Shown here: piece by piece, positions 58,362 to 64,000 of the stretch
How the letters are laid out: each line of letters starts with the position of its first letter
Numbering within the stretch: position 1 is the stretch's first letter
Source of the DNA: an uncultured Candidatus Actinomarina sp.
GTDB taxonomy: Bacteria > Actinomycetota > Acidimicrobiia > Actinomarinales > Actinomarinaceae
Length of the DNA: 64,000 nt
Assembly (NCBI GenBank): GCA_902604835.1
Contig: CACKZW010000003.1
Location: forward strand, 408-64,407
Direction of reading: 5' to 3'
The notes under the pieces: generated by a model
Told to the model about the DNA's origin: nothing
What the model saw: the letters and a program-made list of their open reading frames with translations, nothing else
Databases searched by the model: none
Position numbers and translations under genes: made by a program

Positions 58362-58935
58362 TTAGAGATACAACTTTACCTATAGGTTGAATATTCTCAT
58401 TTACTTTAATTTTCTTATAATTTTTATTTGCAGGAACTAAGTAGTTTTTACCTTCAATATTTCTTAAAAATTTTACTGTACCTTCAGTGTTATTAATCAA
58501 AAAAGCACCAATATCACCATTTTTAATTTGTAAAGATTTGTCAATTATAACTAAATCTTTTTCATGTATTCCTTCATCTATCATGGAATCACCAGAAACT
58601 GATAATGCAAATAGTTCTGTTGTTTCCTCTGAATGTGGATAATTTACAGATCCAATTACGTTTTCTTCTGCCATAAGCAACGAACCAGCAGCTATTTCAC
58701 CAAGAATTGGTATTTTATTTTTATGTATTTGTGAATTTACGGTCAAAGCTCTAGATTTTTTGTAGTTTTTTTGTAGATAACCCGAATTAATTAATTTTTC
58801 TATATGATATTGAACAGTGCTTGTTGATTTTAGATCAACACCCGTACAAATTTCCCTTACTGAAGGTGCATAACCATTTTTTTCGACAAAAATGTTAATA
58901 AAATTTAATATATTTTTTTGTTTTTCAGATACCAT
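58348..58935 (-). CDS. lexA: LexA repressor
   Basis: wHTH N-domain (GYAPSVREI...STVQYHIEKL), AAG cleavage region (EIAAGSLL), VSGDSM Ser, and IIDKS Lys. Confidence 0.92.
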   Translation of the reverse strand: MVSEKQKNILNFINIFVEKNGYAPSVREICTGVDLKSTSTVQYHIEKLINSGYLQKNYKKSRALTVNSQIHKNKIPILGEIAAGSLLMAEENVIGSVNYPHSEETTELFALSVSGDSMIDEGIHEKDLVIIDKSLQIKNGDIGAFLINNTEGTVKFLRNIEGKNYLVPANKNYKKIKVNENIQPIGKVVSLIRDM

Positions 58936-58945
58936 AAAATAATAT

Positions 58946-58961
58946 TAGCACATTTGTTCGA
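58946..58961. promoter_or_regulatory. LexA box variant TAGCACATTTGTTCGA upstream of lexA (one mismatch to GAAC-N4-GTTC)
   Basis: Read directly from the sequence. It shares the ACATTTGTTC core with the recA box and lies 11-26 nt upstream of the lexA ATG. Confidence 0.55.
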
Positions 58962-58996
58962 ATAAAACTGTCATATCTTGGTTTTAATATTTAATT

Positions 58997-59254
58997 ATGA
59001 AGGAAAAAATTATTACTTTACTATTTTTGATCACATTTTCGTTGGTTACTACACCAATAATTAAGCCAATAACATCAACAAACAATGACCTTTATGACAA
59101 TTCGACATATAGGGTTACAAAAGGTGATTCTTTGTGGAGTATTGGCATGAAATTTGGTAAAACAAATATTGAAGAATTTCTCTTTGAGACTAAAAAAGTG
59201 AATAATTTAGAAAATTCAGAGATTTTTGAAGATCAAATCTTAATTATTCCTTAA
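58997..59254 (+). CDS. small secreted LysM-domain protein
   Basis: An N-terminal signal/TM segment and a LysM pattern YRVTKGDSLWSIGMKFG...NLENSEIFEDQILIIP. The lexA-LysM-nrdR arrangement is typical of Actinobacteria. Confidence 0.7.
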   Translation: MKEKIITLLFLITFSLVTTPIIKPITSTNNDLYDNSTYRVTKGDSLWSIGMKFGKTNIEEFLFETKKVNNLENSEIFEDQILIIP

Positions 59255-59297
59255 TTTATTTGTTACAAAATTCTCTCATTTCTATAATACACCATAT

Positions 59298-59732
59298 ATG
59301 GTATGTCCATTTGGTGAAGAGTGCGTAACTAGTGTTATTGATTCTAGAAAAAACAGCGAAGGTATTCGTAGAAGAAGAGAATGTTCAACTTGTGGACTTC
59401 GTTTTACAACATATGAAAAAGCAGACATAACCTTAATGGTCGAAAAAAGAAGCGGGGATATTGAGGAATTTAGCTATGAAAAGTTATATCAAGGTATAGA
59501 TAATGCTTTTGGCGGTATTGATATTAGTGATAAAAAACTTAAGACTCTTGTAGACAACGTTTACAAAGATATAAAATCACACGGAAAAAAAATAAAATCA
59601 AAATTAATTGGTGAAACTGTTCTTATTCACCTCAAAGATATCAATGAAGTTGCTTATTTAAGGTTTGCTTCGGTATATAAAGAATTTTCCGATGTAACTG
59701 ACTTCGAAAAAGAAGCAGCAGAGCTAAATTAA
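59298..59732 (+). CDS. nrdR: transcriptional repressor NrdR
   Basis: VIDSR, IRRRRECSTCGLRFTTYE, and ATP-cone motifs. The first zinc knuckle is atypical (CPFGEEC). Confidence 0.88.
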   Translation: MVCPFGEECVTSVIDSRKNSEGIRRRRECSTCGLRFTTYEKADITLMVEKRSGDIEEFSYEKLYQGIDNAFGGIDISDKKLKTLVDNVYKDIKSHGKKIKSKLIGETVLIHLKDINEVAYLRFASVYKEFSDVTDFEKEAAELN

Positions 59733-60793
59733 GGCAATTTTTCTATATTTTCCAGAATTGATCCATACTTTTCCTGAAAATCTAACAATGCATCATTAAA
59801 AAAGGAAATTTCAGACTTCTTGTTCAATTCAATTGCAGATATAAGCGTATTAGCTACTTCAACCTCATTATTTCTAAGAGATGCAACTAATCGTCCATGT
59901 AAATCTTGAGCAGTCACTAAAGCAGAATTAACTAAGTTTTTATGTTCTGTAAATTCCTCAATATTTGGTAATGTCTCCCCATTGAGGTTACTTTTTGCTC
60001 CAATTGAGGATAATTCAGTTGCAAGATCGTCAATTACAGTATCTTCGTCAATATTTAGAATATCTTCATATATTAAGATTTCTGAATGCATGATTCTGTA
60101 TGTAAATAATTGATCTAATTTATCTACAATGTTAAATAACTGATTTAAAGATGCTTCAACATTTGATCTATTTGCAATTTCTCTATCAGTTATATCTGTT
60201 TGATACTGAATTAGAGAAGTTTCAATAATTTGTAAATTTGCACTGGCATTGGAGACATCATATCGAGAATAAAAAGGGTTTGTCGCCACAGCTAACATTT
60301 CTGGTAAATTTTCAATAGAAATATTGGTATTTTCAGTAATTGAGTTTGTTAACGTCTCCGAAGCTATATTTTCATTACGTATATTTATAAAAAATATCGA
60401 TATAGAGCTGACAATGAATAATCCCGATACAATCAACAAAGCAGGTACCACCCATTGTCTTCTTTTTTCCAAGTCTGTCCAAATTTTTCTAATTTGTGTT
60501 GTGATATTTAACGGGACAAAAGTCTCTGTATTTGGTGAATCATCTGTAATTTGTTCTTGTACATTTTGTTCAGATGAATAATCAGTATTTATTAATTGTT
60601 GAGCAATTTCAACCGCTTCTATTTCCTCATCAACAATCTCTAACTCAGATGATACTCTCAGATTGTCCATTTCCTTGATGATGTCGGGTGTTTGAACCAA
60701 GGTAATATCACTCTCAAAACCTAAAACATCTAAAATTTTGATTTTATTTGATGATTTCGCTTTCCTTATAAAAAGATAATCTCTAATATTCAT
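59729..60793 (-). CDS. hypothetical membrane-anchored protein
   Basis: One TM segment (WVVPALLIVSGLFIVSSISIFFI), with no recognisable family. The ATG at 60793 is chosen because track start 60901 would overlap dut by about 90 nt. Confidence 0.4.
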   Translation of the reverse strand: MNIRDYLFIRKAKSSNKIKILDVLGFESDITLVQTPDIIKEMDNLRVSSELEIVDEEIEAVEIAQQLINTDYSSEQNVQEQITDDSPNTETFVPLNITTQIRKIWTDLEKRRQWVVPALLIVSGLFIVSSISIFFINIRNENIASETLTNSITENTNISIENLPEMLAVATNPFYSRYDVSNASANLQIIETSLIQYQTDITDREIANRSNVEASLNQLFNIVDKLDQLFTYRIMHSEILIYEDILNIDEDTVIDDLATELSSIGAKSNLNGETLPNIEEFTEHKNLVNSALVTAQDLHGRLVASLRNNEVEVANTLISAIELNKKSEISFFNDALLDFQEKYGSILENIEKLP

Positions 60794-60809
60794 CAATGAA
60801 AGGTTACCA

Positions 60810-61247
60810 TTGAATAAAAATATTGAGATAGAAATACAACTTACTAATAATAATTCAACTGTACCATCTCGAAAGCATGATTCTGATATAGGGTATGACA
60901 TAAGTTCTTCTGTAGATGCTTTAATTCCATCGAAAGAAGTACAACTTATTAATACTGGAATTGCAATAAATTTACCTAATCAATGTGCTGGATTTGTTTT
61001 ACCCCGATCTGGTTTAGCTTCAAAACATAAAATTACATTAATTAATAGCCCTGGACTAATTGATCCCGGATACACAGGTGAATTGATGGTGCCACTTATT
61101 AATCATGGGAGTACTGATTATCAGATAAGCATTGGCGACAGAATTGCTCAATTAGTACTTATCAATACAAATAGTGTTGAATTTAAAATTGTAAAGAACC
61201 TACCTGATACAGAAAGATCTACAGGTGGTTTTGGATCAACTGATTAA
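60810..61247 (+). CDS. dut: dUTP diphosphatase
   Basis: dUTPase motifs: DIGYDI, PRSGLASKH, GLIDPGYTGEL, RIAQLV, and C-terminal RSTGGFGSTD. Confidence 0.9.
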   Translation: MNKNIEIEIQLTNNNSTVPSRKHDSDIGYDISSSVDALIPSKEVQLINTGIAINLPNQCAGFVLPRSGLASKHKITLINSPGLIDPGYTGELMVPLINHGSTDYQISIGDRIAQLVLINTNSVEFKIVKNLPDTERSTGGFGSTD

Positions 61248-61289
61248 ATCTTTTTATAAATAACGTAGATAAACTATTATTAATTTATT

Positions 61290-61363
61290 GCGGTAGTAGC
61301 TCAGCTGGCTAGAGCGTCTCGTTGCCAACGAGAAGGTCGAGGGTTCGAATCCCTTCTACCGCT
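61290..61363 (+). tRNA. tRNA-Gly (GCC)
   Basis: Cloverleaf folded by hand: acceptor GCGGTAG/CTACCGC, anticodon loop TTGCCAA, T-loop TTCGAAT. No encoded CCA. Confidence 0.9.
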
Positions 61364-61369
61364 CTTCAC

Positions 61370-61440
61370 GGCGACGTGGCGGAGTGGCTACGCAGAGGTC
61401 TGCAAAACCTTGTACACCGGTTCGATTCCGGTCGTCGCCT
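61370..61440 (+). tRNA. tRNA-Cys (GCA)
   Basis: Cloverleaf folded by hand: acceptor GGCGACG/CGTCGCC, anticodon loop CTGCAAA, T-loop TTCGATT, and discriminator U73 (a Cys identity element). Confidence 0.88.
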
Positions 61441-61449
61441 CAAAGATAG

Positions 61450-62127
61450 ATGATAGCGATAACTGGTGCAGGAGAGTATTTAGATATAATTCGTCCCTAT
61501 GACGAAATTTTATTGCATAAATTAAAAGATGATCCTTACGTCCTATGTTTTCCCACAGCTGCTGGGTTGGAAAGTGAAGAAAGAATTCAATACTGGCTTG
61601 ATTTAGGGGATGATCATTTTTCGAAACTAAATGTAAATCATAAATCTATACGAGCTCTTAATGTTGATGATTACAATAAACCAGAAACTTTAGCTGAAAT
61701 TGAAAAAGCAAATTTTGTTTATTTTTCAGGAGGTAATCCAAATCATCTCTATGAGACTTTAAGTTCATCGTTAGCTTGGGAAAAGCTCTTAACCATTCAT
61801 AACAGTGGTGGAATTCTTGCTGGTTGTAGCGCAGGGGCAATGATTATGGGTGAAAAAATGAATAAAGGTAAAGGTTTTGGTTTCTTCAAAAACTCTATGG
61901 TTTTGCCACACTGGAATGAAGTTCTCTATAAAGCAATACTTTCTTCCTCTAAACAAATACACAAATCAAAGTACAAAATTTTGGGATTAGAAATGAATAC
62001 TTATCTTGTGCTTAATAATGATAAATTAGAAGTTATAGGCGATCAAAATGTACATATTATGCACAAGAAAGATGAACATACTTATGAAAATGGCGATGTA
62101 TTAGAATTATCAGTCTTGGATATATAA
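61450..62127 (+). CDS. S51 peptidase family (peptidase E/cyanophycinase-like, class I glutamine amidotransferase-like fold)
   Basis: FSGGNPNHL and nucleophile context GCSAGAMIMG. Confidence 0.65.
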   Translation: MIAITGAGEYLDIIRPYDEILLHKLKDDPYVLCFPTAAGLESEERIQYWLDLGDDHFSKLNVNHKSIRALNVDDYNKPETLAEIEKANFVYFSGGNPNHLYETLSSSLAWEKLLTIHNSGGILAGCSAGAMIMGEKMNKGKGFGFFKNSMVLPHWNEVLYKAILSSSKQIHKSKYKILGLEMNTYLVLNNDKLEVIGDQNVHIMHKKDEHTYENGDVLELSVLDI

Positions 62128-62772
62128 ATGTGCGGAAGATATTATTTTTCAATTGATTTAGGCAATCTTTCATTTGTAGAGAATATTGATGGGTTTTCTT
62201 TTGAAGAGAATTTCAATATTGCACCACAGACATCAGTTCCGGTTGTAATTGACAACAAGTTAAAAGAATGTACCTGGGGATATTATCCACAGTGGTTAAA
62301 AGATCAAAGTAATTCTAGACCATTGTTTAATACAAGATTTGAGTCACTTTTAGAAAAGAAAACATTTATATCTGCATTCAAAAAAAGTAGATGTCTAGTT
62401 CCAATATCTGGATGGTTTGAATGGAAAGTAGTAGATGAAGGAAAACAACCATATTTTTTTAAAAACAAAAATGATGAAAATTTGCTAGCAGCTGGCTTGT
62501 ATTGGGATCGTTCTGATGGTTCAACAGAATTTACAATCATAACAACGGTTGCACCAGTTGAGATAAATGAAGTACATGATAGATCTCCACTTATACTTGA
62601 TGATGTTTCAACAGGTGTTTGGTTATCAGACGATGAACCTGAAGTCATACATTCAGATATATCCCATGATTTTGGAAATCGTATTGAGTTTTATCAGGTA
62701 TCTAAATCAGTTAATAATCCAAAAAACAATAATGAAGAATTAATCAAGGAATTCACGGATCTACCTTTCTAA
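62128..62772 (+). CDS. yedK: SOS response-associated peptidase (SRAP/YedK family, abasic-site processing)
   Basis: An N-terminal MCGRY (Cys2 nucleophile), the pattern FNTRFESL...SGWFEWK, and a late HDR motif. Confidence 0.88.
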   Translation: MCGRYYFSIDLGNLSFVENIDGFSFEENFNIAPQTSVPVVIDNKLKECTWGYYPQWLKDQSNSRPLFNTRFESLLEKKTFISAFKKSRCLVPISGWFEWKVVDEGKQPYFFKNKNDENLLAAGLYWDRSDGSTEFTIITTVAPVEINEVHDRSPLILDDVSTGVWLSDDEPEVIHSDISHDFGNRIEFYQVSKSVNNPKNNNEELIKEFTDLPF

Positions 62773-62975
62773 TGAATAGCCAGTCACCCATATATTCGTT
62801 TAAATTTACAATATCTTGGATCATTGTTTATAGTTTGATTGTGTTTGCTTTAATTCAATTAATTAACATATTTATTGCGTTGTATTTAGGTCTTTGGATT
62901 TTAAATCTAATTATTGAACTTACGGAACGATTATTTCTACGATTTGGAAAACGATTAGTAACAGTAGAAGAATAA
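62772..62975 (+). CDS. small two-TM hypothetical membrane protein
   Basis: 67-aa ORF. Its ATG overlaps the TAA of the SRAP gene (TAATG). Confidence 0.35.
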   Translation: MNSQSPIYSFKFTISWIIVYSLIVFALIQLINIFIALYLGLWILNLIIELTERLFLRFGKRLVTVEE

Positions 62976-63017
62976 TTATTCTACAAATCCTATTTACACT
63001 GCTATATTTTTTTATAC

Positions 63018-63091
63018 GGGAGATTAGCTCAGTCTGGCAGAGCGCTACCTCGACAAGGTAGATGTCACAAGTTCAAATCTTGTATCTCCCA
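63018..63091 (+). tRNA. tRNA-Val (GAC) with unusual C at position 33
   Basis: Cloverleaf folded by hand: acceptor GGGAGAT/ATCTCCC, anticodon stem CTACC/GGTAG, loop TCGACAA, T-loop TTCAAAT, and discriminator A73. Confidence 0.8.
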
Positions 63092-63121
63092 CAAATTTAT
63101 TTTTAAGATTATTATTAAATT

Positions 63122-64000
63122 GTGAAAAGTTACATTATTATCATTTTTTCTTTAACTATCACATTTTGTAGTGTGGATTCTGATGGTTCTAACATATCTG
63201 ATGGCACAATTTTATCGGATGAAGAAATTTCAAATGAGTCTTCTTCTGCAACGTCTAATGATGAGCAAAATTCTACAACCTCTCCTCTTGATAATCGTGA
63301 AATTAATGATGAGCAAAATTCTACAACCTCTCCTCTTGATAATCGTGAAATTAAATATTTTATTGCAGAATCAGTTTCAAATGAACATCAAGAAATGTTA
63401 AAAAAGTGGGTTGCAATATCTGAAGAACTATATTTTACGCAACCAAATGTAGTTATTGAAAATTTATATCCTATTTACCTTGTACAACTTGATCGAGACA
63501 ATCCTGAATCAGCACTCGCACTAGAGCCTGTATATTGTGAATTTTTAGAAGAAGAGCATAAAAAACTATTTGTTTGGGACGGTTATGACAGTAGTAGATG
63601 TGGTGATAATGAAGATGCAAGGGAAGAATATGAACGTAATGGTTTATTTGTTGAGCCTAATGGTGGTGTTGCTCATTCTCAAATAAGTAGCATACCTCAA
63701 AGAGATGGATACAATTTATTCGTTAGTAAGACACACGACTTGCCTGAACATGCTTCATCCATGGGATATGTAACATTACATGAAATGTTTCACATATTTC
63801 AAACTTCGCATTATTCAACTGATAGTTACGACGAGCAAAGAATGCTCAATGGTAGATTTTCGGGTGATAATCCCGAAGACGATGTTCCATGGTGGAATGA
63901 AGGCACGGCTGTTTATTTTAGTTACATTGATTATGCAAGAACAATCAACGATATGAGTTGGTTTAAGGATGAAATGTATTGTACATTACTGTGTGAAAGA
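63122..64000 (+). CDS. secreted, possibly lipid-anchored HExxH metallopeptidase-like protein (3'-partial; runs off the window)
   Basis: This frame is not in the ORF track because it has no stop within the window. GTG start, signal-like VKSYIIIIFSLTITFCS, a Ser/Asp/Glu-rich linker with a tandem repeat, then VTLHEMFHIFQ (HExxH). Confidence 0.6.
   Translation, partial: MKSYIIIIFSLTITFCSVDSDGSNISDGTILSDEEISNESSSATSNDEQNSTTSPLDNREINDEQNSTTSPLDNREIKYFIAESVSNEHQEMLKKWVAISEELYFTQPNVVIENLYPIYLVQLDRDNPESALALEPVYCEFLEEEHKKLFVWDGYDSSRCGDNEDAREEYERNGLFVEPNGGVAHSQISSIPQRDGYNLFVSKTHDLPEHASSMGYVTLHEMFHIFQTSHYSTDSYDEQRMLNGRFSGDNPEDDVPWWNEGTAVYFSYIDYARTINDMSWFKDEMYCTLLCER
63257..63352 (+). repeat. perfect 48-bp tandem duplication (2 copies) encoding NDEQNSTTSPLDNREI twice
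   Basis: Read directly from the sequence: AATGATGAGCAAAATTCTACAACCTCTCCTCTTGATAATCGTGAAATT x2, in frame with the 63122 ORF. Confidence 0.9.

Noticed and set aside
60794-60901. The N-terminal 36 codons of the 390-aa minus-strand ORF overlap dut.
   Set aside because: They would overlap the dut coding start by about 90 nt on the opposite strand. An internal ATG at 60793 removes the overlap. The extension has no features.
100-62648. Many 60-130-aa ORFs in the track lie antisense to, or out of frame within, well-supported genes. Examples are 100..360, 6230..6604, 10728..10988, 12474..12749, 14289..14564, 20978..21367, 37549..37890, 40153..40464, 42024..42326, 53031..53390, 54290..54601 and 62304..62648.
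   Set aside because: Each is fully embedded in a CDS with strong family motifs on the other strand or frame. They have biased low-complexity composition (Ser/Leu/Ile-rich mirror translations) and no recognisable motifs. They are typical shadow ORFs.
63171-63401. A 76-aa ORF with an internal repeat (MMSKILQPLLLIIVKL twice).
   Set aside because: It is an out-of-frame reading of the 48-bp tandem duplication. The frame starting at GTG 63122 gives a signal peptide, a linker and an HExxH domain, and stays open to the window end.
1-64000. A search by eye for CRISPR arrays, IS elements, prophage genes, toxin-antitoxin pairs, rRNA, tmRNA, RNase P and riboswitches.
   Set aside because: I saw no spaced direct-repeat arrays, transposase or integrase motifs, or recognisable structured-RNA consensus in the intergenic regions. 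Those regions are mostly under 100 bp and AT-rich. Absence cannot be proven without covariance-model searches.

Overview
The window is a densely coded, AT-rich (roughly one-third G+C by eye) bacterial chromosome segment. I see no rRNA, CRISPR array, transposase or phage integrase. Gene order follows the conserved actinobacterial backbone: trmD-rplS-lepB-rnhB, xerC-rpsB-tsf-pyrH-frr-cdsA-rseP-ispG-proS-rimP-nusA-infB-rbfA-nrnA-truB-ribF-rpsO-pnp, dapB-dapA-ftsK, cinA-recA-miaB-miaA-dapF-lexA-LysM-nrdR-dut. It is strongly compressed. F420-type enzymes and a mycothiol/DinB-type protein are also present. Together these suggest a streamlined low-GC marine actinobacterium, which is an inference. About 22 kb of lineage-specific genes sit between pnp and dapB. 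They include an F420-LLM / CCAEP-tail radical SAM / flavin reductase operon and organosulfate and organohalide enzymes. They also include a divergent umuD-like/umuC pair and a coupled CobS-like AAA+ plus HExxH-vWA gene pair. A phosphonate-type ABC importer and a thioredoxin-fold gene lie between ftsK and cinA. Three tRNAs (Gly-GCC, Cys-GCA, Val-GAC) lie near the 3' end.

The most notable observations are:
- A secreted TlpA-like thioredoxin-fold gene has an in-frame TGA exactly at the first Cys of its CxxC motif, followed by a SECIS-like hairpin. It is a candidate UxxC selenoprotein.
- The AAA+/HExxH-vWA pair has no known function here, and its ATPase shows an apparent Walker A/Walker B residue swap.
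- A translationally coupled F420-LLM / radical SAM / flavin reductase unit is uncharacterised.
- The umuD-like and umuC genes share a palindromic operator that differs from the GAAC-N4-GTTC LexA boxes at recA and lexA.
- Two genes (lepB and a DUF385 gene) appear to need ATT/ATA/ATC start codons.

All homology calls rest on motif recognition by eye. No searches were run.
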